64,000 nucleotides of DNA from an uncultured cyanobacterium (GTDB lineage: Bacteria > Cyanobacteriota > Cyanobacteriia > PCC-9006 > JAAUQQ01): the NCBI GenBank assembly GCA_963718615.1, contig OY970368.1:864001-928000 (forward strand), given 5' to 3'. Of this stretch, positions 20,523 through 30,858 are shown piece after piece. The position numbers were made by a program, and so were the translations under genes. A model generated the notes under the pieces. That model ran no database searches. It was not told the DNA's origin and saw only the letters and a program-made list of their open reading frames with translations. Every line of letters begins with the position of its first letter. The stretch's first letter is position 1.

Positions 20523-21683
20523 ATGAGCCTCCACGTTCGCTTTGCCATTATCAGCGACCTTCACATTGGTCTACCCCATACCATTTGGGACCATCCCAGT
20601 CGGTTTCATCTGGTGGAAGTCAGCATTCCGGCCCTGGAAACGGCGTTGGCCCATTTGACCCCACTCGACCTGGACTTTTTGCTGCTGCCCGGTGACCTGA
20701 CCCAGCATGGCGAACGGGAGAACCATGAATGGCTGCGCGATCGCCTCACCCAGCTTCCCTTCCCCACCTACGTCATTCCCGGTAACCATGACATCGTCAC
20801 CCCCCAGGCGGAGGCCCAGCGCATTGGTCCCGAGGAATTTCCCCAGCTCTACCAACAATTTGGCTACGCTGACGCCAGGGGCTGCGGCGACCGTCGCGAT
20901 TACTACAGCGTTAGCCCAGTCCCCGGTCTACGGCTGATGGGCCTCAACTCCAACCGTTTTGACGACGAGGGTCAAATCATCGGTCGCCTAGACAAAGCGC
21001 AGTTCGACTGGCTCGAAGCAGAACTGACCCAGGCCCAAGCCCAGGGCGAGCGGGTGTTTATCATGATTCACCACAATGTTATTGAGCACATCCCTAACCA
21101 AGCCAATCACCCCATGGGGCGGCGGTATATTTTGCAAAATGCGGGGCGGTTGCGATCGCTCCTCAAAGCATTCCAGGTCTCGCTAATCTTCACCGGCCAT
21201 CTCCACGTCCAAGATGTCTCCCAGGATGACACCCTCTACGAAATCACCACAGGTTCCTTGGTGAGTTATCCCCACCCCTACCGAATTTTGGAATTTGAGG
21301 AAACTGAAGGGCAAGCACGGCTGAGCTATACCTCCCATCGGGTCTCGGCGGTGGCGGGTTGGCCAGATTTACAGGGACGATCGCGCCAGTGGATGGGCGA
21401 TCGCAGCCAATCCTTCATGGAAAAACTGCTTATGGGACCCCCAACTCATTTACCCCAAGCCCTGGCCACCCAGCTTGCCCCCAGCCTGCGAAATTTTTGG
21501 GCGGATATTGCCGAGGGCGATCGCACCTTCTCCTTTGAGCAGTTGCCGGACCATTGGCAGGGAATTCCGCTGCGGGCCTATCTAGAATCCTTCGGGGCGA
21601 TTGCAGGCACCATCGACAACGCAGCAACCTTGGATCTGCCTCAACTGGATTTCAGCCCCTCCGCTTTCATTTGCTCTCGATAG
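20523..21683 (+). CDS. Calcineurin-like metallophosphoesterase
   Basis: SDLH, GDLT, GNHD, HHN and GHLH motifs. Confidence 0.9.
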   Translation: MSLHVRFAIISDLHIGLPHTIWDHPSRFHLVEVSIPALETALAHLTPLDLDFLLLPGDLTQHGERENHEWLRDRLTQLPFPTYVIPGNHDIVTPQAEAQRIGPEEFPQLYQQFGYADARGCGDRRDYYSVSPVPGLRLMGLNSNRFDDEGQIIGRLDKAQFDWLEAELTQAQAQGERVFIMIHHNVIEHIPNQANHPMGRRYILQNAGRLRSLLKAFQVSLIFTGHLHVQDVSQDDTLYEITTGSLVSYPHPYRILEFEETEGQARLSYTSHRVSAVAGWPDLQGRSRQWMGDRSQSFMEKLLMGPPTHLPQALATQLAPSLRNFWADIAEGDRTFSFEQLPDHWQGIPLRAYLESFGAIAGTIDNAATLDLPQLDFSPSAFICSR

Positions 21684-22951
21684 GACAAAGCCACCAAGAT
21701 CCAAAGGCCGACCAACATCGTGCCATCGGCCAAAATACTGGCCCAGGCCGCCCCCTTCCAGGAATAAATCGGAATCAGCCACCAGTTTGCCACCCCATTC
21801 AGCAATGCCACGCTCACCTGCAAAATCGTGCGGTTACCCTGGAGTCCCGCTCCGGTGAGGGTATCGGCGGCGAAGGACTGGAGCGATCGCAAAAACAGCA
21901 ACGGCGACAGCCAACGAATCGCATCCACAGCGGCGGCATAGTCAGAACCTAGGAGGTAAGGCACAACGGGGGCGATCGCAAACACCCCAATACTGGCCAA
22001 AATTCCATAGCCCCCGGCCAAAGGCACAAACCGTTTTGCCACCTGCAAACTGCCCTGCACTCCCTGTTGTCCAGCGCGAAAAAATTGGGCGTAGGCGACG
22101 GCGGCCAGGGACATGACGGGGGCGATCGCCACATCAATGACCCGATAGGCAGCCCCATAAATTCCTGTGGCTTCCAACGTTCCCAAGCGAGCCAGCATGG
22201 TTTTATCGAGATCGCTGGAAAGGGTGTAGGCAGAAAAATCTACGGAGAAGAAAAAGCCTTGGCCAAGTTCTGGAACAATCCATTTGAAAACCAGTTTAGG
22301 TTTGCCAATCGTGCGATGGATGAGGGCAAAGGCCATCAGCATCGTGACGACACGGCTAGCCAAATAAAGCCCTCCCCAAGCGGTGACATTGGGCTCTGGA
22401 ACCAACACCGCTAAGCAGAGGGCCGCAATGACACTATTCACCGTTAAAAGCACATGAAACTTGGCATTCAGATGATGTAAATCCATCGCCATAAATGCCT
22501 TGAGCGCCACATCTAAAACCCGCGAGAAAAATAGATCGGCAAGGCCGACACAAACCATTAATCCCAAGGTGGCTGAAGGCGGTAATAAAATCCCCGAAAA
22601 CCCTAGCATCAAGGTCAGACAAAGGGTGCCAAAGGCCCCGATCATGGCTAACCCGTTGCCCCAGTAAGCGCTGAATAACAGGGGATTGCGGGAGACATGT
22701 TTCATCAAGATCTCCGGTGCGCCCCAGGCGGAAAAGGGCAGGAGAATTTTGACGAGGGAGGCGACGCCGATGAACGTGCCGTATTGTTCGGTACCGAGCG
22801 ATCGCGCAATCAATAAAAAATAAGCCGCTTGCAAGACAATCCGCAACATGCGTGATGCAAAGATCCAAATCGCGCCTTGAAACGTTGGATTTTCGAACTT
22901 CTTTTTGAACGTTAAAAAAAGGCGATCAGGAAGGCTAGATTTAAAGAGCAT
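21641..22951 (-). CDS. wzx: Polysaccharide flippase (Wzx)
   Basis: Many TM helices; IARSLGTEQYG, DKTMLA, GIYGAAYR and LIPIYSWKGAAWA motifs. Confidence 0.85.
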   Translation of the reverse strand: MLFKSSLPDRLFLTFKKKFENPTFQGAIWIFASRMLRIVLQAAYFLLIARSLGTEQYGTFIGVASLVKILLPFSAWGAPEILMKHVSRNPLLFSAYWGNGLAMIGAFGTLCLTLMLGFSGILLPPSATLGLMVCVGLADLFFSRVLDVALKAFMAMDLHHLNAKFHVLLTVNSVIAALCLAVLVPEPNVTAWGGLYLASRVVTMLMAFALIHRTIGKPKLVFKWIVPELGQGFFFSVDFSAYTLSSDLDKTMLARLGTLEATGIYGAAYRVIDVAIAPVMSLAAVAYAQFFRAGQQGVQGSLQVAKRFVPLAGGYGILASIGVFAIAPVVPYLLGSDYAAAVDAIRWLSPLLFLRSLQSFAADTLTGAGLQGNRTILQVSVALLNGVANWWLIPIYSWKGAAWASILADGTMLVGLWILVALSYREQMKAEGLKSS

Positions 22952-24218
22952 GGGCCGTTGCAGAATAGGGCTGGGTTGAATAGGAACGTTGCGTTAGACG
23001 ATAGCCTTGCAATGTTGTTGAAACATATAAAACCCAAAACAAATCATTTGGCTGTAGAGCGTTAGATTCAGGTAAATTGCTAAAAATTACGTAGACGAAG
23101 AGCAATACAGGCCAAATATATTCCGGCTCACTTGTGCACCGTAATTGCAGCAAACTGTGGAGTAAATGAAAATACAGTCCTAATAGAAACAGCGCCAGAC
23201 CTACAAAACCCAGTTGAACCCAAGTATCAATAAAACCGTTGTGGGCATTGGGAGCATCCCAGTTAAAAGCTCGCCAGACATAGGCTGCGTCACTGTCCCA
23301 ACCGTTCCAAAATCCAAAGTAACCATAGCCAAACCAAGGCTTTTTCTGGATCATGTCAAACACCAGACTCCAGATATCCGTCCGTCCGGTCAGCGTTAAG
23401 TCCTTTTTGAGAAACGCCGCAATTTCTTCTAGATGATTCATAATCCAGAGAAAGCTAATCGTTCCCAAGGTAATGCCGCCCATCAGAGTCGGCACTAAAA
23501 ATCTAAGCTGCCAGCGCAGGAGATAGCACAATGAGCCAGTCGCCAGCAAAATGCTCAGATTAATCATTGCACCTTTGGAGGTACAGAGGGCAATTAAAAC
23601 CACAGAGGCTAGTAATCCAAACAGCGGTTTCCAGGACTTTTGTTGGGAGTTTAAAGCCAGTGTCAAAAAAGTAGCCGCGCTCAAAACCATCTGTTTTCCA
23701 AGGGTATTTTTATGGCTGTAGATTCCTCGCCAGTCGCCCTGATGAACCCCCCCCATAATGCCGTATTGGGGCAGGGCTAAACCATAGAAAAAGCTCAGGC
23801 CAATGACGATGCTAAAGGCATAGGCTAAGATTTCGATCTGCTGCTTTAGGGTATAGCGGGTCGCCAGATAAATACCAAACAAGGTACTGCCGACAAAAGC
23901 AATACTTTTTGAAAGGGTTTCATCCGGTGTCGCCGACCAAAATAGGGAACTGACGGTAAAGATGGCAAGGAGGAGGGTGAAGCGATCGCGCCGAATCACC
24001 ACCCAGGTTTTCTCCCAACGAACGATTAGCAAAACCGCAAAAACAATATAGGTTGCAATAAAAATCAAACGCATTAAAGGATAGTCTTGGGGGATTTCCC
24101 CAGAGCCATCTCCTTGGCTGTGCCCCCCGTTCAAGATCACTGCGAGGGGTCCTCCGGAATAGAACACCAGAGAGGCAATCGTAAAAATCTTTTCGAGTGC
24201 AATGAGAAGCGATGCCAT
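22941..24218 (-). CDS. O-antigen ligase/polymerase (Wzy/ExoQ-like)
   Basis: WRGIYSHKNTLG, TLTGRTDIW, PWFGYGY and AHNGF motifs; multiple TM helices. Confidence 0.87.
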   Translation of the reverse strand: MASLLIALEKIFTIASLVFYSGGPLAVILNGGHSQGDGSGEIPQDYPLMRLIFIATYIVFAVLLIVRWEKTWVVIRRDRFTLLLAIFTVSSLFWSATPDETLSKSIAFVGSTLFGIYLATRYTLKQQIEILAYAFSIVIGLSFFYGLALPQYGIMGGVHQGDWRGIYSHKNTLGKQMVLSAATFLTLALNSQQKSWKPLFGLLASVVLIALCTSKGAMINLSILLATGSLCYLLRWQLRFLVPTLMGGITLGTISFLWIMNHLEEIAAFLKKDLTLTGRTDIWSLVFDMIQKKPWFGYGYFGFWNGWDSDAAYVWRAFNWDAPNAHNGFIDTWVQLGFVGLALFLLGLYFHLLHSLLQLRCTSEPEYIWPVLLFVYVIFSNLPESNALQPNDLFWVLYVSTTLQGYRLTQRSYSTQPYSATAHAL

Positions 24219-24236
24219 GGCTTGTGAACAAAAGAA

Positions 24237-25274
24237 TTAGCTGGTGGAAAGGCCTAAGATGGCTTGGAGTGGGGCGGCTTGACGGTGCCATTCCTGGTCG
24301 ATGTCTTGTTTGAGGGCAATAACCTCGATTTTGAGCTGGTCCGTATGGGCTAGGGCAGTTCGGCAACCGGCGGCGATCGCCCCTCCATCCAAGGGATCCA
24401 CATAAACCGCACCTTGATAGAAAAATTTTCGGAGCAGTTGCGTATCAGACAGCACCATCGGTTTGCCGTAGCTCACGGCTTCATTGGCGACACTGAGCTG
24501 AATCCCCTCAAGCTTGGTCAATCCCACGACCATATCGGCCTGGGCGAGCAGGTCGTTGAAGTCGGTTTCTGAGACAAAACCCGGCAGTCGAATATTGGCA
24601 GGCACTTGGCTTAGATCATGGCGACCCACTGCCCTAGCGGTGTTGCCCGTGAGGACAAACGTGATTTCTGGGGCTTGGCGGGCCGCGACCAGAAGTTCGG
24701 CGATCGGCTCATCGGAATTAAACGAACAGGGAACCAAGGCCCAGGGGCGAGGAAGTTGAGCACTGGCGGGGGAGAGGGTGCGATCGCGTAACACCACCAG
24801 CTTTTCGGGCTGAATCCCGAGGGCAAGGGCCTGCGCTTCGACAAACGGATTGTGGACAACCACCTGGTCACAACGGTTGAGCAACCGCACTACGGCGGGA
24901 AACTGAATCCAGGGCTGACGAAACGTGGCGTTGTGACAATCGGCAATGAGTTTTAGATGGGGCTGGACCAGTTGTTGGTATAAAAACGCTAGATAGAGCA
25001 GGGGTGCAGGGGGAAGCTGGATCCACAGGACCTCGGGTCGGTGCCGAATCAAGAGGCCGAGGGTTTGCAGGGCCTTGAGGAGGTATTCCAAGGGGCGGAG
25101 CGATCGCCAGCGAAAACTTGGCCCCACATGATGTAGGGCATAGCCAAACTCCGGCTGCATGGCAACGGCCCGACGCTGAAACGGCACCCAAGCAATAAAT
25201 AATTGACGGGCGAAGGGCGGTGCCCCTTGCGCCTGGATCGTGTGAGTCAACGGTTGTAGCGAAATCGTAGACAT
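24237..25274 (-). CDS. Glycosyltransferase (GT4-like)
   Basis: LIADCHN, GFVS and EAVSYGKPMVLSD motifs; lies in the EPS operon. Confidence 0.8.
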   Translation of the reverse strand: MSTISLQPLTHTIQAQGAPPFARQLFIAWVPFQRRAVAMQPEFGYALHHVGPSFRWRSLRPLEYLLKALQTLGLLIRHRPEVLWIQLPPAPLLYLAFLYQQLVQPHLKLIADCHNATFRQPWIQFPAVVRLLNRCDQVVVHNPFVEAQALALGIQPEKLVVLRDRTLSPASAQLPRPWALVPCSFNSDEPIAELLVAARQAPEITFVLTGNTARAVGRHDLSQVPANIRLPGFVSETDFNDLLAQADMVVGLTKLEGIQLSVANEAVSYGKPMVLSDTQLLRKFFYQGAVYVDPLDGGAIAAGCRTALAHTDQLKIEVIALKQDIDQEWHRQAAPLQAILGLSTS

Positions 25275-25312
25275 AATCAGTGATTTGAGGGTTCAGAGCG
25301 GTCAGCCGCCCC

Positions 25313-25357
25313 GTGAATGACTTTTTAGTCAATGACTTTCTAGTGAATGACTTTATA
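25313..25357. repeat. 15-bp tandem repeat x3 spanning the GT2 stop codon
   Basis: GTGAATGACTTTTTA / GTCAATGACTTTCTA / GTGAATGACTTTATA. Confidence 0.85.
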
Positions 25358-26260
25358 TTCCGAGTAGGTCAATCCCAGTAGACTCGCCCAACAGCCTGCA
25401 CCTCGGGCAATCCGAATCAATGCCTGCACCTGAGCAGCCCGCCCTTGGATCAGAGCCGGAAACAAGCTCAGCAGTCCCCAGGCCACACTAGCCGACCCTT
25501 TCATCAGGGCCTTCGCCTTTGCACCCGCACCATGGCAGTCCTGCTCCCAGAGGCTGTAGGTGAGGCAACTGCGATAGTGACGCTGTAACAACCAAGGGGC
25601 CGTTTGACGACTTTCCGGGATCGACTCATAGACCCAGGCTTCATCGGCCCACACCAGTTGATGCCCTTGGTGATGAAACGAGCGAAAAAGATAGGAATCT
25701 TCCCCCCCTGACAGGGCAAATCGTTCGGCAAAGGGGCGATCGCAAGCTTTCAACAACACCGCCTTCACCAACACATTCGACGTATAGGCCACTTCTATAG
25801 GATGCCCGGTAGGCCGACGTTGGGGCTCAAAAAAACCACCGCGCCGAATCCAGGGGGCAGGGGTGCCACAAAAGTGCGGGAGGGAAGGCCCAAACACAAC
25901 GTCTGCCTGGTAATTATGTTGTGTTAACAATAAATTTTCTAGCCACGCCGGAGACGGCATTTCGTCATCATCAATAAAGACAATAAAATCTGTATCCTCA
26001 GGAACTAAGGCCACCGATGTATTCCGGGCATAGGAAATGCCCCGCTGGGGTTCAATCGCCGTTTTTAGCCTCCAGCGAAAGGTCGATCGCCTTGCTTCAC
26101 AGGCCGCTTGGGCTACTCCCGCCGCATCATTGTCAACCACAATCACCGTTACGGCTGGCACTGGCACCTGTTTGAACTCCAGCCGTTGCAGGCCGTTGAG
26201 TAAAGTGTCTAACCCCTCTAATCGCTGATAGGTGCTAATACAAATGGCAATATTGTTCAT
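25340..26260 (-). CDS. Glycosyltransferase family 2 (ExoM-like)
   Basis: IVVDND, GISYARN, FIDDDE and SGGEDS motifs; ATG overlaps the upstream stop codon. Confidence 0.9.
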   Translation of the reverse strand: MNNIAICISTYQRLEGLDTLLNGLQRLEFKQVPVPAVTVIVVDNDAAGVAQAACEARRSTFRWRLKTAIEPQRGISYARNTSVALVPEDTDFIVFIDDDEMPSPAWLENLLLTQHNYQADVVFGPSLPHFCGTPAPWIRRGGFFEPQRRPTGHPIEVAYTSNVLVKAVLLKACDRPFAERFALSGGEDSYLFRSFHHQGHQLVWADEAWVYESIPESRQTAPWLLQRHYRSCLTYSLWEQDCHGAGAKAKALMKGSASVAWGLLSLFPALIQGRAAQVQALIRIARGAGCWASLLGLTYSEYKVIH

Positions 26261-27399
26261 TGGGTGACCCACCGTAATCGTTTAAAGACGCTATTAAGGG
26301 GTTTAGGGCGAGACTGGGCCGACAAACGCCAGTAAATCGCCGCCTTAACCCAAGGCAACGGCATCAGCCCAACCCACAAAAACCACAGTAGAAAGATCAG
26401 CCGCCGCCGATGACTGACATTGCCATAGGTCCAGCTTGCCACGGCCCCCTGGAAGGCTAGCCAGAAGGGGCGATCGCTCCCCACTGGATGCTGATCAGGC
26501 TCTAGCCGTAAGGAAACCAAGCGATCGGTCATATGCAGGAGATCTCGGTCCCCCCCATGACGGTCCAGTTGTTTGGCGACGGACGGGGGACAAGCTTGCG
26601 CCAGATATTGCGCCAGATAGTGGTAGCGCAAAAAGTCATGGTGAATCGAGCGACGGGCCTGTTCAGCTAAATTTTCGACTTGAGCCGCTGCCCAGTGATT
26701 TTGGCCATGTTTACGCCTTGCCGCAATGGGGGTTTCAATCGCAGCGACTTCCCCACAAAAAGGCAGAAGCGTCGTCAGATACCCATCCGCAGAAATCCTA
26801 AAATCCGCCTCGGGAATCGGAGCGATCTGCTCAAAGGCCGATCGCGTCAGACTTAAGCCGCTCGTAACCGTGGTGGAATATCGGCCCTTCCGCAGGAGCA
26901 GGGCGCAAACCTCGCCTTGGTCGAACGAAATTTCCCGAGCAGGGTAGAGATCAATCCAATGGCCTTCTGCATCGACCAGCTCTAGACGTGCCTGCACCAT
27001 GGCAACGCCCGGTCGCCAAGCGGCAACAATCCGGGTGACCGCATCTTCAAACAGATAGTCATCCGCATCCAGCAAGACCAAAAGGTCGCCCCGGCTGACG
27101 GCAATTCCCGCATTGAGGGCCGAGGCTTGGCCCCCGTTTTTCTTAAAGACTGGGATGAGCGCAATGGCATTGTCCTGCTGGGCATGCCGTTGGCAGATAT
27201 CCTGCAAAATTTGGGGGGAGCGATCGCAAGACCCATCATCCACGACAACCACCTCTAGATGAGGATAGGTTTGAGCCAAACAACTTTCGATCGATTGCTG
27301 TAAAAAGCGATCGTAGTTGTAGTTGTTGAGGATGATACTGACAAAGGGATCGGCAGATTTAGCAGATTGAGTGGGATGGTTAAGGGTACGATCTAACAT
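26257..27399 (-). CDS. Glycosyltransferase family 2
   Basis: VSIILNNYNY, VVDDGS, NGGQASALNAG and LDADD motifs. Confidence 0.92.
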   Translation of the reverse strand: MLDRTLNHPTQSAKSADPFVSIILNNYNYDRFLQQSIESCLAQTYPHLEVVVVDDGSCDRSPQILQDICQRHAQQDNAIALIPVFKKNGGQASALNAGIAVSRGDLLVLLDADDYLFEDAVTRIVAAWRPGVAMVQARLELVDAEGHWIDLYPAREISFDQGEVCALLLRKGRYSTTVTSGLSLTRSAFEQIAPIPEADFRISADGYLTTLLPFCGEVAAIETPIAARRKHGQNHWAAAQVENLAEQARRSIHHDFLRYHYLAQYLAQACPPSVAKQLDRHGGDRDLLHMTDRLVSLRLEPDQHPVGSDRPFWLAFQGAVASWTYGNVSHRRRLIFLLWFLWVGLMPLPWVKAAIYWRLSAQSRPKPLNSVFKRLRWVTQ

Positions 27400-27431
27400 G
27401 GGAACATAGAGAAGCTAGCAGAGAAGCCAAA

Positions 27432-27953
27432 TTAGAGACTCTGAACCAATTCCCGCTGGGGAGCAAGAATTCGAGAAGGATAGCGTTGCATGAGATGTTC
27501 CACCAACTTAGGACCTTCAAAAATATCAGGATTGCAAGGAGCCGGTGGAGAAAGCACCGCTTGGGCTAATTCCTCGAGCGAGCCGCAACAGCTAATACCG
27601 AGTTCTGCCATGCCCTGAGCAAAGAGCAACTGGTGATTATCAATGTGCTCCTTGTACTTGGCCAGACGCGGCACAATCACAAAGCTCGCGCCCCGTTGGA
27701 CGAGCATCCGAGTCGAGCCCTGACCCGCATGGGAAATCACTAGACGAGACTGATCAATTTGCCGTTGTAAATAATCCGATTGCACGACGGGCAGCGCCGT
27801 AATCAGAGGATGTTGGGCGATCGCCGCAATCTCAGTCGTGCCATACTGCAAAAAGACAGGTTCTGTAATAATCTCGCGATCGAGCAGCATTTTGAGCCAT
27901 GCAATCGAGCGATTAAACTGAAAAGGGATGGTTCCTAGTGTAACGGTGAGCAT
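27432..27953 (-). CDS. Alg13/PssE-like glycosyltransferase subunit
   Basis: VTLGT, ISHAGQGS and VPRL...EHIDNHQ motifs. Confidence 0.88.
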   Translation of the reverse strand: MLTVTLGTIPFQFNRSIAWLKMLLDREIITEPVFLQYGTTEIAAIAQHPLITALPVVQSDYLQRQIDQSRLVISHAGQGSTRMLVQRGASFVIVPRLAKYKEHIDNHQLLFAQGMAELGISCCGSLEELAQAVLSPPAPCNPDIFEGPKLVEHLMQRYPSRILAPQRELVQSL

Positions 27954-27997
27954 GAATGAATTTCCTTAGTAATCAGTGGGACTTGCGGCTGGTTGCA

Positions 27998-28450
27998 CTA
28001 GGTAACCATTCCACGATAAATCGCTCGGGGATATCGCTTGCAAAGGCCAGGCCATTGCACATAAAACTCATGGGCAAGCCAATAGACTAATTTGCCAGAC
28101 AAGCTCAGTTCTTGAGCGCGGGAAATACTCTCCACATACATAAACTTAATCCCCAAAAGTCTAGCCACGATTGCAAAATTAATCGAAATACTAGCGCCGG
28201 TTGAAACAACCATATCGGGACGTTCGTGGCTCAGAAGTTGAAATGTAGCGGGTAGATTTTTAACTAATGCACACCAATCTCTCGGTCCTTGGTAGGGTAG
28301 CCAATAAACAGCTTCATGCTGATCGTCCAAAACTTGTGTATCGCCTTTGCAATCGGTCACCCAGACCCGCTCATGAGCGTTCCAGAACGGTTTCAAGGAA
28401 CGCATGGTTGCAAAGTGCCCTCCGGAAGTGCAGGCCAGTAGCAGTTTCAT
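27998..28450 (-). CDS. Alg14/PssD-like glycosyltransferase subunit
   Basis: CTSGGH, PDMVVSTGA, YVESISR, SLSGKL and FYVQWP motifs. Confidence 0.9.
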   Translation of the reverse strand: MKLLLACTSGGHFATMRSLKPFWNAHERVWVTDCKGDTQVLDDQHEAVYWLPYQGPRDWCALVKNLPATFQLLSHERPDMVVSTGASISINFAIVARLLGIKFMYVESISRAQELSLSGKLVYWLAHEFYVQWPGLCKRYPRAIYRGMVT

Positions 28451-28834
28451 AGTCAGATTCTCTGAGGCAACTTAATGAAGCTTGTCCTGAAGCAATAAGG
28501 CCGAGGGCTATAGGCTCAGGAAAAATACAGATGCCACAACTGACTCTTGATGTGAGGCGTTTCCCCATGCACTCAACAATACTGATAGATCTAATATTTG
28601 CGATCGCCTTAAAATGGTCTTGATTCAAGATTTATAAATTATGTCTATTGGCACAATCCCTTAAATGGCCTGACATCAAGGTTTACGCAAAAACGACAAA
28701 ACCCTTGAAAAAATGCAATTTAAGAGAGCTTAATCAAGAACTTCAGTTCTTTTACGCAGAATCCTATTTTAGTTTGGTGTTTAGGTTTATCGACGCGACT
28801 GATGTTCACTGAATTTGTTAGAAAAAATAAGCGC

Positions 28835-28865
28835 AAAAACGGGTATTTCCCAAGGAAAATACCCG
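28835..28865 (-). terminator. Intrinsic terminator after wzc-like gene
   Basis: CGGGTATTT...AAATACCCG stem followed by a T5 tract on the minus strand. Confidence 0.65.
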
Positions 28866-28944
28866 CCCTATGGTATGGCTACGCGCAATAGCTGACCCTG
28901 CCCTTGAATCAGGATAAAAAATGAAAAAATCTATTTTCTATAAA

Positions 28945-30474
28945 TTATGGACCGACAGGATGCCGATTCGAGGATTCCGGTCGTTCTTGCGGAGACCTAG
29001 TCGCTGGGGGCGATCCGGGCGGCATGGGACTCGGTGTAGATCTGGGTGCAGCACCGGGCAGGTAGCCGCTGGACGCAGGGATTTGCTGCCAGCGGTTTTC
29101 TTCTTTGAGCGTGAGCAGCGTAACAACCGTTGTTGCCAAGAATGCGCCTAGCAAACCGCCTAGGGCAATGATGGTGGATCGCTCTCCAGAAATCGCCTCT
29201 TCAGGCACTAAGGCCGGTTCAATCACACTCGCATTGCCGATCGCCTGTTTCTCCGCTCCTTCAAGTTCCTTCAGCCGTTGCAGCAGATTTTGATAGGTTG
29301 ACCGAGCCACTTCGAGGGTTCGCTCTAGCTCCGCCTGCTGCTGTTCTAGAATGGGCAAATTACTTGCCCGTTGCCGATAATTATTGCGGAAATTGGCCAA
29401 GGACTGGAGTCGACTGGCCAAGCTTAAACGCCTAACCTCCGCATCTAGAAATTGATTGATCAACATTTGGCGCAGCTCACCCACCTGCATGAACTGATCG
29501 GAAAAGAGCCTGCGATCGCCCAAAACACGCTGCATTTCTTCTTGCAACAGACGTTTGAGCGCGACTTCCTGGGCGGTGGCTGTCATGATTGTTGGGCTTT
29601 GGGTTGTATAAATGCCCTCCTGTAGCGCTTTTTGTCGCTCTACCCTTTGAAGCTCTTGCAAAACGGCTTGTACCCCCTCAGACTGGCTGATGTCACTAAT
29701 TATCATCGCCTGATCAACTGTCAAATCTAAATTGCTTTGCAACACTTGAGCTTCAGTCGTTGCTTCGTCCAAGGCTGCTTGCGTTTGAGAAACCTGTAAA
29801 TCCAGGGCTTCTAATACATTCAAAATCGAGCGAGATTCTTCTTCCAATGAAATGATGCCATGCATTTCACGAAAACGACGCAAATCGGCTTCAGCCTTAG
29901 CCATGAACGTTTGACTTTCAGGCAATTGCTCTTCAATCGAGCCTCGTGCCTTTGAGGTTTGCCGCTGATTGTCTAAAATATTGTCGTTAATGTAAGTCTT
30001 GGCCAAGGCATTGACCACTACAGCAGCAATTTCTGGATTACCATCCCGATAGGAAAGGTTAATAATATCTGCACCACCCGAAATTTTAACCGTTAGATTT
30101 TTCTTAAATGCCTCTGAACTTAGAGGATGACCTACTTCATCTTGCAACTTCAGCGTGCGAATAACATGATTTACGACCGGATTTGAAGCAATGATTTCAA
30201 CTTCCGTTGTTAGCGGGTTTTGACTTTTGACGACTGATTCTAATTCTCCAACACCGCGACCGACTCCGGTCAAATTGGACGTCGGATCTACACGAATGAG
30301 AATTTTGCTACTGGCCTCATAAATGGGAGGTTTCATCGAGGCTACAATTCCTGCCAATCCCACCGTTCCTCCCCACAGTAAGGCAATCAGGAGCCAACGG
30401 CTTTTCAGAGTGCGCATATAGCGAAAGAAATCGACCTCTAAGGCTTCTGTGGATGAGAGAGGCTGTGTGTTCAT
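28945..30474 (-). CDS. Polysaccharide co-polymerase (GumC/Wzc-like) lacking a tyrosine-kinase domain
   Basis: TM1, PIYEASSKILI, long coiled coil, VIEPALVP, TM2, then a short Pro-rich tail; no Walker A motif. Confidence 0.87.
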   Translation of the reverse strand: MNTQPLSSTEALEVDFFRYMRTLKSRWLLIALLWGGTVGLAGIVASMKPPIYEASSKILIRVDPTSNLTGVGRGVGELESVVKSQNPLTTEVEIIASNPVVNHVIRTLKLQDEVGHPLSSEAFKKNLTVKISGGADIINLSYRDGNPEIAAVVVNALAKTYINDNILDNQRQTSKARGSIEEQLPESQTFMAKAEADLRRFREMHGIISLEEESRSILNVLEALDLQVSQTQAALDEATTEAQVLQSNLDLTVDQAMIISDISQSEGVQAVLQELQRVERQKALQEGIYTTQSPTIMTATAQEVALKRLLQEEMQRVLGDRRLFSDQFMQVGELRQMLINQFLDAEVRRLSLASRLQSLANFRNNYRQRASNLPILEQQQAELERTLEVARSTYQNLLQRLKELEGAEKQAIGNASVIEPALVPEEAISGERSTIIALGGLLGAFLATTVVTLLTLKEENRWQQIPASSGYLPGAAPRSTPSPMPPGSPPATRSPQERPESSNRHPVGP

Positions 30475-30858
30475 AAAATTCTTTGCAGGTTTATGCCAAG
30501 CAGTGGCCTAAATTCAATATTCCCAAGACAAAAACAAACCCATCACCCTTCAAAGGATGCTCTTTTGAGGTTATTTGATTCAACATGCTAGGATTTAATT
30601 CGCAAAAAAACGAATAAGTTCAATCCTTTGTAGTTTATGTTTGACGGATTTTCGACTTGTATTTGATTTATATTTCATTCATGTTGAATCTCGATTTTCC
30701 TCGTGTTTCTTCTTGGTTTATGTCGAACTTTGCGCGTACTTTTTGATACCTAGTCATAACTACTTCCGTAAAGACCAGGATCAGGATATATCGTCGCTAA
30801 GGCATTTTGAGATATAACCGTAACCCTAACGAACCCAGAACGTTCAGTGAAGTGACGA

